From Chitinophagales bacterium (GTDB taxonomy: Bacteria > Bacteroidota > Bacteroidia > Chitinophagales > LD1), in contig JAEUUZ010000004.1 in assembly GCA_016786765.1 (NCBI GenBank), forward strand, positions 105,311 through 169,310: DNA of 64,000 bases, read 5' to 3'. This document shows positions 1 through 8,879 of this stretch, piece after piece; position 1 is the first letter of the stretch, and every line of letters begins with the position of its first letter. A program made the translations under genes and the position numbers. Below the pieces are notes generated by a model that had not been told where the DNA came from, made no database searches, and worked only from the letters and a program-made list of their open reading frames with translations.

Positions 1-910
1 GAATAGCAACGATTCTTTGAGTAGTTAAGTTTTGAGAACAAAGAATTTCTCTCCAATCAGAGTATCCCCCTTTTTTCACTAATTCTTTACGGGTTACTTT
101 TTTGTAAGTAGCCGGAATTTCGATTTGAACTTGCTGAGCAGGAACATCAACTACCTGACGAGAAACGATTTTGAATTCAGCCGGAACCGGAATTTCGTTT
201 TTCAAAGCTGGCGATTTCATTACGCGTTTAGCTACTCTTTTGTACACAGCAGGTACTTCAGTTAAGCACATTACTTGACAATCAGCAGGATTTGCAGAAA
301 GACAACCCGCATCAGCAGTAGATTTAGTCCATTTTTGTGTAGCCGGAGAAACCATAATATCTTCAGTTACTGTTTCGTAAACTGCAGGCACTTCTTGATA
401 ACGGATAGAAGCAGCACGTGTTTGAACAGTATCGAACACTGTTTTGTATTGAGCCGGGATAGATTGAGTTCTGTACGTTACCGGTTTGTCAACCACCATT
501 TCTTCTTTGAACTCATATTGATCAGAGATGAAGCAACGTGCATAACATTTTCCGGCCTCAGCATTTGGAGGAAGATTATTGTTTGCATCAGACAAAGAAC
601 CGGTATAGTTCGTTGTATATGAATTGTTATCTACAACAGCAGGTGCAGCCGGAGCAGCAACTTTTGTCGTTGTTTTTACAGTTGGAGTAGTAACTTTAAC
701 TGCAGGAGTTGTTACAGTCGTTGTTGTGGTAGTAGTTGTTTTAGCTGGCTCAACAGTCTTAGCATCTTTTTCTCCCTGCCAAATTACAGCATTCGGATTA
801 TCTTGTTTATACTTATCCATGTTCGGATTTCCGGTATTAATGAAAATCTGAGCACTGGCAGAAATCATCGCACCGGTAACTAAGGTTAGAGTTATGGCTA
901 CTTTTCTCAT
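1..910 (-). CDS. Secreted protein with Thr-rich linker and repeated (V/I)PAxY(K/E)xV beta-strand motifs, probably with a C-terminal peptidoglycan-binding domain; runs off the window
   Basis: Not in the ORF track. Read by eye from ATG at 910: MRKVAITLTLVTGAMISASAQ (signal peptide)...TTTTTTTTVTTP...LPPNAEAGKCYARC...IPAQYKTV...VPAVYETV...IPATYKKV...DWREILC, with no stop before base 1. Confidence 0.75.
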   Translation of the reverse strand, partial: MRKVAITLTLVTGAMISASAQIFINTGNPNMDKYKQDNPNAVIWQGEKDAKTVEPAKTTTTTTTTVTTPAVKVTTPTVKTTTKVAAPAAPAVVDNNSYTTNYTGSLSDANNNLPPNAEAGKCYARCFISDQYEFKEEMVVDKPVTYRTQSIPAQYKTVFDTVQTRAASIRYQEVPAVYETVTEDIMVSPATQKWTKSTADAGCLSANPADCQVMCLTEVPAVYKRVAKRVMKSPALKNEIPVPAEFKIVSRQVVDVPAQQVQIEIPATYKKVTRKELVKKGGYSDWREILCSQNLTTQRIVAI

Positions 911-931
911 TTTATTAATTTTAATTTGCGC

Positions 932-939
932 CAAAACTA
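932..939 (-). promoter_or_regulatory. Bacteroidota -7 promoter element TAGTTTTG
   Basis: Matches TAnnTTTG, about 22 nt upstream of the ATG at 910. Confidence 0.55.
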
Positions 940-981
940 CATTTTTTTAGCAAAAGAACACATAAAACAAATTGTAATATA

Positions 982-1794
982 ATGAACATAAGAAACTTAA
1001 TTGAAAAAACATGGGATGATAGAACACTCCTCAGTTCACAAGAAAGCATTTCAGCAATAGAAAGTGTTATTAATCAACTTGATAAAGGGCAACTAAGAGT
1101 GGCTGAGCCAACGACAAATGGATGGCAAGTGAACGACTGGGTGAAGAAGGCGGTAATCCTCTATTTCCCTACGCGCAAGATGGAAACGATGGAAGCAGGC
1201 CCTATGGAATTCCACGACAAGATGGCGCTAAAGCGCAACTATGGTGAATTAGGGGTTCGTGTAGTGCCTCATGCTATTGCTCGATATGGCGCTTACCTAG
1301 CCAAAGGTGTGATTATGATGCCTTCCTATGTGAACATTGGAGCCTATGTTGATGAAGGTACAATGGTAGATACTTGGGCCACAGTGGGTTCTTGCGCTCA
1401 AATCGGGAAAAACGTGCACTTAAGTGGTGGAGTTGGCATTGGTGGCGTATTGGAGCCAGTCCAAGCAGCGCCTGTAATTATTGAAGATAATTGCTTCGTT
1501 GGATCGCGATGTATTGTTGTTGAAGGTGTACGTGTAGGTAAAGAAGCTGTCTTAGGAGCGAATGTGGTATTAACGATGAGCACCAAAATTATTGATGTAA
1601 CAGGCCCTGAGCCAATTGAATACAAAGGTTATGTTCCGGAGCGTTCTGTTGTTATTCCCGGTTCATACACGAAACAATTTCCTGCGGGTGAATTTCAAGT
1701 ACCTTGTGCATTGATTATCGGCAAACGAAAAGCATCTACAGATTTAAAAACATCTCTGAATGATGCATTGCGTGAAAATAACGTAGCTGTATAA
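982..1794 (+). CDS. dapD: 2,3,4,5-tetrahydropyridine-2,6-dicarboxylate N-succinyltransferase
   Basis: WVKKAVILYF, MPSYVNIGAYVDEGTMVDTWATVGSCAQIG, hexapeptide repeats. Confidence 0.97.
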   Translation: MNIRNLIEKTWDDRTLLSSQESISAIESVINQLDKGQLRVAEPTTNGWQVNDWVKKAVILYFPTRKMETMEAGPMEFHDKMALKRNYGELGVRVVPHAIARYGAYLAKGVIMMPSYVNIGAYVDEGTMVDTWATVGSCAQIGKNVHLSGGVGIGGVLEPVQAAPVIIEDNCFVGSRCIVVEGVRVGKEAVLGANVVLTMSTKIIDVTGPEPIEYKGYVPERSVVIPGSYTKQFPAGEFQVPCALIIGKRKASTDLKTSLNDALRENNVAV

Positions 1795-1811
1795 ACTCTG
1801 ATTTGTACTGA

Positions 1812-1819
1812 TATATTTG
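1812..1819 (+). promoter_or_regulatory. -7 promoter element TATATTTG for cca-miaA
   Basis: TAnnTTTG consensus just upstream of the CDS. Confidence 0.55.
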
Positions 1820-1830
1820 CCGTCCTTTAA

Positions 1831-3258
1831 TTGCAAGAAATGAACCTTTCCGACCGACTTACACATCCTATCTTTAGCACCATTGGTGAAGTAGCTGCCA
1901 CTGAGCAGCTTGAAACCTATGTGGTAGGTGGGTTTGTGCGCGATCTACTGCTTAACAGAGCTTCAAAAGATATCGATTTTGTATGTGTGGGGAGCGGTAT
2001 GGACTTAGCCAAAGCAACGGCAAAACGAATCGGTTCCCATGTACATGTCAACTATTTCAAAAATTTCGGCACTGCACAATTCCGTTCGGGTGATTGGGAT
2101 TTTGAATTTGTTGGGGCTCGAAAAGAATCCTATCAACGCGATTCTAGAAAACCAATAGTAGAAGACGGCTCGTTGCAAGACGATCAAAACAGAAGAGATT
2201 TTACGATTAACGCTTTAGCCATTTCTCTCAATAAAAATGATTATGGGACATTAGTCGATCCATTTCAAGGGATAGAGGATTTGGAAAGCGGCATAATTCG
2301 AACACCATTGGATCCTGATATAACTTTTTCTGACGATCCGTTGCGTATGATGCGTGCTATTCGGTTTGCTACGCAACTCAATTTCTATATCGAAGCCAAA
2401 ACCTTTGAAGCTATTGCCAGAAACAAAAAACGTATCGGCATCATTTCGCGTGAGCGAATCATGGATGAATTGAATAAAATCATTCTTTCACAAAAACCTT
2501 CGGTTGGTTTTATTTTGCTCGATCAAAGTGGTTTGCTGGAATTGATTTTCCCTGAATTTTGCTTGCTGAAAGGGACAGAAACAGTGGATGATAAAAGCCA
2601 TAAAGACAATTTTTATCACACACTTCAAGTATTAGATAATATTTGTCAGAGCACTAAAGATCTATGGTTGCGTTGGGCAGCTATCATGCACGATATTGCT
2701 AAACCACAAACCAAACGTTTTGATGTAAGAAATGGCTGGACCTTCCACGGACATGAGGTTTTAGGCTCAAAGATGGTATACCGCTTATTCAAATCGATGA
2801 AATTGCCATTGGGTGCTGAAATGAAATTTGTGCAGAAAATGGTGTATTTGCATTTACGTCCAATAGCACTTACGAAAGAAGAAATAACAGACTCGGCTTT
2901 GCGTAGATTATTGTTTGAAGCCGGTGACGATATTGACAGTTTGATGAAGCTCTGCGAAGCTGATATCACTTCCAAAAACAAAGTAAAAGTTGCACGTTAC
3001 TTACAACGTTTTGAGACTGTAAAACAAAAACTGAAAGAAGTTGAAGAGAAAGACCAGGTACGCAATTTCCAACCTCCGGTGAGCGGAGAATTAATTATGC
3101 AAACCTTTGGCATCAAGCCTTCTGCAGCAATTGGCACCATAAAAGAAGCGATTAAAGAAGCGATTCTGGACGGCAAAATTAGAAACGACTACAACGAGGC
3201 ATATGCCATGATGTTGGAGATGGGAAAAACATTAGGATTAACGGTTGTTAAGCAATGA
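1831..3258 (+). CDS. cca: CCA-adding tRNA nucleotidyltransferase with HD domain
   Basis: VGGFVRD, DIDF, RRDFTINA, DDPLRMMRAIRF, HDIAK; the true start may be the ATG at 1840. Confidence 0.9.
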   Translation: MQEMNLSDRLTHPIFSTIGEVAATEQLETYVVGGFVRDLLLNRASKDIDFVCVGSGMDLAKATAKRIGSHVHVNYFKNFGTAQFRSGDWDFEFVGARKESYQRDSRKPIVEDGSLQDDQNRRDFTINALAISLNKNDYGTLVDPFQGIEDLESGIIRTPLDPDITFSDDPLRMMRAIRFATQLNFYIEAKTFEAIARNKKRIGIISRERIMDELNKIILSQKPSVGFILLDQSGLLELIFPEFCLLKGTETVDDKSHKDNFYHTLQVLDNICQSTKDLWLRWAAIMHDIAKPQTKRFDVRNGWTFHGHEVLGSKMVYRLFKSMKLPLGAEMKFVQKMVYLHLRPIALTKEEITDSALRRLLFEAGDDIDSLMKLCEADITSKNKVKVARYLQRFETVKQKLKEVEEKDQVRNFQPPVSGELIMQTFGIKPSAAIGTIKEAIKEAILDGKIRNDYNEAYAMMLEMGKTLGLTVVKQ

Positions 3259-4163
3259 GCACTGCTGAAAAACATTTAATTGTAGTATGCGGGCCAACCG
3301 CTTCAGGTAAAACGAAACTAGCCATTACCATTGCCAAACATTTTAATGCAGAAATTTTCTCAGCAGATGCGCGGCAGTTTTACCGAGAAATGAACATCGG
3401 TACCGCCAAACCAACGGCAGAAGAATTAAGCGAAGTACAACATCACTTCATCAACAATTTGAGCATTCACGATGAATATGCTGCAGGGAAATTTGAGCAA
3501 GAAGTAATGGAACAGCTGGAAGTTTATTTCCAAACAAAATCGGTTGCTGTTTTATGTGGCGGCTCAGGACTATTTATTCGTGCGGTTTGCGAAGGACTGG
3601 AAGACAAAACTGAAATTTCGGAGAGCATTCGTCAAACAGTACGAGAATTGTCATTAGAAGACATGCAAGCGAAGCTTTTGGAACTTGATCCAGAGTTTTA
3701 CGCTTCAGTTGACATTCAAAATCCAAGAAGATTAACGAGAGCATTGGAAGTTATTTTGAGCAGCGGACAAAAAATGAGTGCGCAACATACAGGTGCAAAA
3801 AAAGATCGTCCATTTAGCATTCACATCATAGGAACAGAACTCCCTCGCGATATACTCTATCATCAAATCAATCAACGTGTAGATCAAATGATTGCAGAAG
3901 GATTGGAAGCTGAAGCAACTTCGCTCTACCCATTCCGAACACTACAACCCTTGCAGACCGTAGGCTACAGAGAATGGTTTGATTTTATTGAAGGGAAACA
4001 AAGTCGCGAAAAAACAATTGAGTTGATTAAGCAGAATACGCGACATTATGCCAAACGGCAAATTACGTGGTTCAATAAAACAGAACATTTACAATGGTTC
4101 AATCCGAATCAAGCAGAAGGAATTTTAAGTCATTTAGCTAAAGAAATACACTCAGTTATCTAA
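3255..4163 (+). CDS. miaA: tRNA dimethylallyltransferase
   Basis: GPTASGKT, SADARQFY, IGTAKPT, TRHYAKRQITWF. Confidence 0.97.
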   Translation: MSTAEKHLIVVCGPTASGKTKLAITIAKHFNAEIFSADARQFYREMNIGTAKPTAEELSEVQHHFINNLSIHDEYAAGKFEQEVMEQLEVYFQTKSVAVLCGGSGLFIRAVCEGLEDKTEISESIRQTVRELSLEDMQAKLLELDPEFYASVDIQNPRRLTRALEVILSSGQKMSAQHTGAKKDRPFSIHIIGTELPRDILYHQINQRVDQMIAEGLEAEATSLYPFRTLQPLQTVGYREWFDFIEGKQSREKTIELIKQNTRHYAKRQITWFNKTEHLQWFNPNQAEGILSHLAKEIHSVI

Positions 4164-4277
4164 GGCTTTTCTCTAAGTGCGAGTATCGACTGCTCTCCAA
4201 AACACCTGTCAATACTGATATTCAGCCACGCATATACTAAAAAAAGCAAAAATTCGTATATGTAATAAAGGCTAAGC

Positions 4278-4694
4278 ATGGCGAAAATTATACAAAAAGT
4301 AAAGCTCACGAATTCCTTTCACTTGTTTGCAGCAGATAAAGGTTGGATTAAAAAGAAGGAGATTAAAAGCCTGGTGATTAACATGTGGGTAGATAGCGGT
4401 GCAGCTATGGTATGCCTTCCATCGCGTATGATTAGTGAACTGGGATTGGAAAAGAAAAGTGAAAAGCAAATTTCAACAACGAGCGGATATGTTTTGAGTT
4501 CGCTCTACAGTCCTGTAACCATAAGCATTTTAGACCGAGAAATAGAATTAAACATCATGGAAATACCGGATGGAGTACCGCCACTATTAGGTTCAATTGC
4601 ATTAGAGGCTATGAATTTAGTGGTAAATCCCCGAAAGCAGATTGTAGAAAGCAATCCACAACAGAATGGAAAGTATTTCATAGGTTTAATCTAA
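4278..4694 (+). CDS. Clan AA (retropepsin-like) aspartic protease
   Basis: VDSGA catalytic motif and PLLGSIALEAMNLVVNP C-terminal motif. Confidence 0.8.
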   Translation: MAKIIQKVKLTNSFHLFAADKGWIKKKEIKSLVINMWVDSGAAMVCLPSRMISELGLEKKSEKQISTTSGYVLSSLYSPVTISILDREIELNIMEIPDGVPPLLGSIALEAMNLVVNPRKQIVESNPQQNGKYFIGLI

Positions 4695-4703
4695 ATTAAA
4701 CAC

Positions 4704-5036
4704 ATGTTAGCTATATCTGCTATTCACCTATACAGTAAAAACTATTTTGTACTCAAAGACTATTATACCGGAGTTTTAGCCCTTAAAACAACTTATGAAA
4801 GCGCGGAACATGATTATTTGGAATTGGATTGTGGCGCAACAAAATTAGTGATTCAAAAGAGTATTCGCGATGTGCAAAACAAAATCAGAATCACGTTTAC
4901 AACTGAGGATGTAAAGGCTTTTAGAAAACAAATTCAGGAAAACAACACCGAAGTCTCGCCATTGAAAATGATTTTAGGCAAACTCGCTTTTGAAATGAAA
5001 GACCCGGACGGCAATGAAATTGCGGTAATCCAATAG
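4704..5036 (+). CDS. VOC/glyoxalase-like protein
   Basis: DYYTGVL and FEMKDPDGNEIAV motifs, 110 aa. Confidence 0.75.
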   Translation: MLAISAIHLYSKNYFVLKDYYTGVLALKTTYESAEHDYLELDCGATKLVIQKSIRDVQNKIRITFTTEDVKAFRKQIQENNTEVSPLKMILGKLAFEMKDPDGNEIAVIQ

Positions 5037-5044
5037 TGAGCTAT

Positions 5045-5686
5045 TCAAAAATCAAATTCCTTTATACTCTTATCTGCCAATAATTGATCGATAAGTAATT
5101 GATGTTTTTCGTCTGCACCAATCACCGTCCAACAACCAATAATTTCGTTATCCACCCTACTCTGTTTGCCACGCTCTGATTGTAGTCCGAGTGCCGAAAA
5201 AATCTCCTCATAATGCAGTAAAGTTTGCTGGTTGTATGCTGTTACAATTCTATAGTTGCGAACGCGGTGAGTGCGATCGATAAAGTTTTCCAAAGGCAAC
5301 ATTCCCCACAAAATAAACAATACAAATATTGCACCCATAATGGCCCACAGATAATATCCGCTCCCCGAAGCCATGCCTAAGGCTGCTGCGGCCCACACCG
5401 TTGCAGCGGTGGTTAATCCGGTTACTTTATTATCGTCACGAAAAATGGCACCTGCTCCCAAGAACCCTATGCCTGTTACAATGTTTGCAGCAATTCTCGC
5501 TTCATCCGATTGTCCAATTTTGGACGCAAGCATGGTAAATAAAGCAGACCCAAACGAGATGAGCATCAATGTTCGAAAGCCGGCAGATTTACTTCTATAT
5601 TCGCGTTCTGCGCCAATCATAGCACCGGCCAATAACGCTACAGCCAATTTTATTATATCTTCAGAACACCATTCCATAACATTCAA
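5045..5686 (-). CDS. MgtC/SapB family membrane protein
   Basis: IGAERE, AGFRT, RIAANIVTGIGFLGAG, GLTTAATVW. Confidence 0.92.
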   Translation of the reverse strand: MNVMEWCSEDIIKLAVALLAGAMIGAEREYRSKSAGFRTLMLISFGSALFTMLASKIGQSDEARIAANIVTGIGFLGAGAIFRDDNKVTGLTTAATVWAAAALGMASGSGYYLWAIMGAIFVLFILWGMLPLENFIDRTHRVRNYRIVTAYNQQTLLHYEEIFSALGLQSERGKQSRVDNEIIGCWTVIGADEKHQLLIDQLLADKSIKEFDF

Positions 5687-5728
5687 TTAACGGTTGAAAC
5701 TACGCTATTTTCTGATTGGAACGAAAAC

Positions 5729-5760
5729 AAAAAAGCCGATGGAAATTCCATCGGCTTTTG
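5729..5760 (-). terminator. Intrinsic terminator after rplJ
   Basis: AAAAGCCGATGGA-AAT-TCCATCGGCTTTT perfect stem with a U-tract on the minus strand. Confidence 0.85.
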
Positions 5761-5777
5761 AATGATATAGTGAAAGA

Positions 5778-6302
5778 TTATTTTGCTTTCTCTTCCAATG
5801 TTTTAAGCAATCCAGCGATAGTTTGACCACCACCATTTTGCAATGCGCCCATAACGCTTTGCATAGGAGATTGCAACAATCCGATAACATCGCCAATCAA
5901 CTCTGCTTTTGATTTCAATGCCGCCAAAACAATGATTTGGTCGTCACCGATGAAAATATCAGAATCGATATAAGCACCTTTCAAGGTTGGTTTTTCGTGT
6001 TTTGTACGGAACTCTTTCAACAACTTTGCAGGTGTTGAGCTTTCTTTTGAAAACATGATACCTGTTGGTCCGTTTAATACCGGATACAAGGCTTTGTAAT
6101 CGCCTTCCAATTGCTCTAATGCCTTTTGGATAAGTGTATTTTTAGCTACACGGTATTCGATACCTTTCGCGAAACACATTCTACGGAATGCGTTGATTTT
6201 CTCAACAGATAATGTAGATGAGTCACATATATAGAAGAATTGAGATGATTCTAATTTCTCTTTCAATTCAACGATTTCGTTATTTTTTTGCTTCTTGTTC
6301 AT
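5778..6302 (-). CDS. rplJ: 50S ribosomal protein L10
   Basis: VAKNTL, L10 C-terminal helix LIGDVIGLLQSP, position after rplA. Confidence 0.96.
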   Translation of the reverse strand: MNKKQKNNEIVELKEKLESSQFFYICDSSTLSVEKINAFRRMCFAKGIEYRVAKNTLIQKALEQLEGDYKALYPVLNGPTGIMFSKESSTPAKLLKEFRTKHEKPTLKGAYIDSDIFIGDDQIIVLAALKSKAELIGDVIGLLQSPMQSVMGALQNGGGQTIAGLLKTLEEKAK

Positions 6303-6330
6303 TGCTTATTGATTAAATAAGTGATTTAAA

Positions 6331-7026
6331 TTATAGACCTGCTACTGTTTTATAGTCCACAGCGATTCCCGGACTCATGGTCGTTGCCAAAGCAATACCT
6401 TTGAAATATACTCCTTTCGCAGTAGCCGGCTTCATTTTTGAAAGCACTTGCAATAGCGATGTAGCATTTTCGTGGATTTGCTCCGGTGTAAACGAAACAC
6501 GACCGATAGAAGCGTGCACGATTCCGAATTTATCCACTTTGAAAGCGATTTTACCTTTCTTTACTTCTTCTATAGCTTTCCCAACTTCAACAGCAACTGT
6601 TCCTGATTTTGGATTCGGCATTAAGTTTCTTGGTCCTAATACTTTACCCAATTTCGCGATTTTCGCCATTACGTTCGGTGTAGCAATAACTACATCGAAA
6701 TCCATCCAGCCACCTTCAACTTTAGCAACATAGTCATCTAAACCAACGAAGTCAGCTCCGGCTTTTTTAGCTTCTTCTTCTTTGTCGGGCGTAGTTAACA
6801 CCAATACTCTTTTTGTTTTACCTGTTCCGTGAGGAAGTGCAGCAGTACCACGAATAGCTTGATCTGCTTTCTTAGGGTCAACACCCAATACGATGTGAAC
6901 ATCGACAGAGGCGTCAAATTTTGTTGTATTCACCTTTTTCAAAAGTGAAGACGCTTCTGTTAGCGTGTAGAGCTTGTTTTTGTCTACTAAGCCGGCAACA
7001 GCTTTTCTTTTTTTTGTTAGTTTCAT
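6331..7026 (-). CDS. rplA: 50S ribosomal protein L1
   Basis: [28 protein letters not shown]. Confidence 0.98.
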   Translation of the reverse strand: MKLTKKRKAVAGLVDKNKLYTLTEASSLLKKVNTTKFDASVDVHIVLGVDPKKADQAIRGTAALPHGTGKTKRVLVLTTPDKEEEAKKAGADFVGLDDYVAKVEGGWMDFDVVIATPNVMAKIAKLGKVLGPRNLMPNPKSGTVAVEVGKAIEEVKKGKIAFKVDKFGIVHASIGRVSFTPEQIHENATSLLQVLSKMKPATAKGVYFKGIALATTMSPGIAVDYKTVAGL

Positions 7027-7040
7027 TGTTTTGAATTTTT

Positions 7041-7071
7041 GTGGTCAAACGAGCAATGAAGGCTCTTCCAC
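7041..7071 (-). promoter_or_regulatory. Probable L1-binding autoregulatory RNA element upstream of rplA
   Basis: mRNA GUGG-AA-GAGC-cuucauu-GCUC-GUUUGA-CCAC forms two helices separated by an asymmetric loop, 14 nt before the rplA AUG. Confidence 0.65.
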
Positions 7072-7137
7072 GGTTATTAATATATTGACAAAAAGATTGC
7101 TGCGTGAGCAACAATCTTTTATGCTTTCTTTCTCAAT

Positions 7138-7581
7138 TTATTTTTCCCAAGGAGCTGCTCCTTCGAACGTGAATCCGGCACTTTTAGCAGAACCTGCTAC
7201 CATGCTCATTCCGGCTTCTACTGTAAAGCAGTTCAAATCCGGCATTTTTTCTTCAGCTACTTTACGGATGATATCCCAAGAAACATTACCGATTTTTTTA
7301 CGGTTAGGCTCAGCTGAACCTGCAGTTTTCTTAGTCAACTCCATCAACATGTTGTGAGCAGGAGCCGTTTTGATAACGAAGTCGAACGACTTATCTGAAT
7401 ACACGGTGATGATAACCGGACAAGTTTTGCCCATTTTATCTTGTGTTCTTGCATTGAATTGCTTGCAGAACTCCATAATGTTCACCCCTTTAGAACCTAA
7501 TGCAGGACCTACCGGTGGAGCTGGGTTTGCTTGACCTCCTTTAACTTGCAATTTCACAAATGCTTGAATTTCCTTTGCCAT
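7138..7581 (-). CDS. rplK: 50S ribosomal protein L11
   Basis: [25 protein letters not shown]. Confidence 0.98.
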   Translation of the reverse strand: MAKEIQAFVKLQVKGGQANPAPPVGPALGSKGVNIMEFCKQFNARTQDKMGKTCPVIITVYSDKSFDFVIKTAPAHNMLMELTKKTAGSAEPNRKKIGNVSWDIIRKVAEEKMPDLNCFTVEAGMSMVAGSAKSAGFTFEGAAPWEK

Positions 7582-7644
7582 TTTTTTGTGTTTTATATTT
7601 TCGTTTATCGCTCTTTCGAATTGCTTCTACCGGAGAAATTTGTT

Positions 7645-8205
7645 TTATACTAATTTTTCTACCTGCATGAAACCTACTTCTACAGGTGTTTTTCGTCCAA
7701 ATATTTTTACGGTTACTTTCAACTTCTTCTTTTCCATATTGATTTCTTCAATAGTACCGTTGAAATCGTTGAATGGTCCGTCAATAATTTTAACCTCCTC
7801 GTTTACGATAAATGGTTCTGCCATTGTTTCGCCTGCTTCCAACATTTCATCTGCTTTTCCAAGCAATTTCAATACTTCAGAAGGGTTCAACACTTGTGGT
7901 GTTTTTCCGCCCAAGAAACCTAAGTTACCTTGTACCTGACGCAAATGCTGAATTACCTCTGCAGTCATTCCTTTCGGATCAACTTCCATGTAGATATATC
8001 CTGCAAACAACGTTTTCTCCTTAATCGTTTTTTTACCGTTTTTAATGGTATATACTTTCTCTGTAGGCACAAGGATATTGGTGATAATATGATCCATATT
8101 CGATCGGTTTATCTCCAATAAAAGATGCTCTCGGATTTTGCGTTCTTGACCGCTAATCACGCGCATTACATACCATTTTTTATCTTCTGCCATTGTGTTT
8201 GCCAT
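7645..8205 (-). CDS. nusG: Transcription factor NusG
   Basis: WYVMRVISGQE, KOW motif IIDGPFNDFNG, IFGRKTPVE. Confidence 0.97.
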   Translation of the reverse strand: MANTMAEDKKWYVMRVISGQERKIREHLLLEINRSNMDHIITNILVPTEKVYTIKNGKKTIKEKTLFAGYIYMEVDPKGMTAEVIQHLRQVQGNLGFLGGKTPQVLNPSEVLKLLGKADEMLEAGETMAEPFIVNEEVKIIDGPFNDFNGTIEEINMEKKKLKVTVKIFGRKTPVEVGFMQVEKLV

Positions 8206-8402
8206 TAGCGGATTAACTTATAAATTCCTTCTTGGATAGAGTATTTGCTTACCAAATCCATTCCGACTACTAAAAACGAAATAACGATAGCCGCAACCAA
8301 TACAATCATTGCACTTTGTTGCAGTTCCGGCCAAGTTGGCCAGGTTACTTTATTTAAAAGCTCATCGTAAGCCTCTTTGAAAAACAATTTTACTTTTTCC
8401 AT
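8205..8402 (-). CDS. secE: Preprotein translocase SecE
   Basis: ELLNKVTWPTWPEL plus one TM helix; 1-nt overlap with nusG. Confidence 0.95.
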   Translation of the reverse strand: MEKVKLFFKEAYDELLNKVTWPTWPELQQSAMIVLVAAIVISFLVVGMDLVSKYSIQEGIYKLIR

Positions 8403-8433
8403 TTTTTTATAGTTAAAAACTCTCCAAAACTAG

Positions 8434-8504
8434 CACGGGAACAAGGATTCGAACCCTGATCAAAGGTTTTGGAGACCTCTATTCTACCATTGAACTATTC
8501 CCGT
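8434..8504 (-). tRNA. tRNA-Trp (CCA anticodon), 3'-CCA not encoded
   Basis: ACGGGAATAGTTCAATGGTAGAATAGAGGTCTCCAAAACCTTTGATCAGGGTTCGAATCCTTGTTCCCGTG cloverleaf, canonical position before secE. Confidence 0.96.
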
Positions 8505-8534
8505 TTCTATGTCCCGCCTACTTAAAACGGGACG

Positions 8535-8565
8535 CAAACATAACTATTTGTACTAAATTTTCAAA
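8535..8565 (-). promoter_or_regulatory. Promoter for tRNA-Trp-secE-nusG-rplKAJ
   Basis: TTTG (8565-8562), 19 nt, TATGTTTG (8542-8535) on the minus strand: full Bacteroidota -33/-7 consensus. Confidence 0.75.
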
Positions 8566-8678
8566 TTTTTTTAGCGAATTGGGGATTTGTGGGTAATTTC
8601 TACCCTTTTATACCTCGATTGAGCCAAAAACACGCTTTCCATTTTCACCGAGTCTCCAACTTTCTCAGGCCATTTTTA

Positions 8679-8879
8679 CTATTGTTCCAATTGCTTCAAT
8701 CGCTTCTCTACCGAAAGCAGAAAAACGGCAATGCCTAAAAAAATCAACGTTAACACTGCTGCCACTACATAATACTTCTGATTTGAACGAAAAATCGAAT
8801 CGGCTCCACTTTCTTGCGCATTCGCTAAAAAAGGCAACAGCATTCCCACAACAGCAACTCTTAATTTATTCATTGTCAA
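8679..8879 (-). CDS. ccmD: CcmD-like small membrane protein
   Basis: FRSNQKYYVVAAVLTLIFLGIAVFLLSVEKRLKQLE, overlaps the ccmC end. Confidence 0.75.
   Translation of the reverse strand: MTMNKLRVAVVGMLLPFLANAQESGADSIFRSNQKYYVVAAVLTLIFLGIAVFLLSVEKRLKQLEQ

Noticed and set aside
275-851. Plus-strand ORFs 275..622 and 624..851 (poly-Val)
   Set aside because: Antisense shadows of the real minus-strand gene; the Val run mirrors its Thr-rich linker
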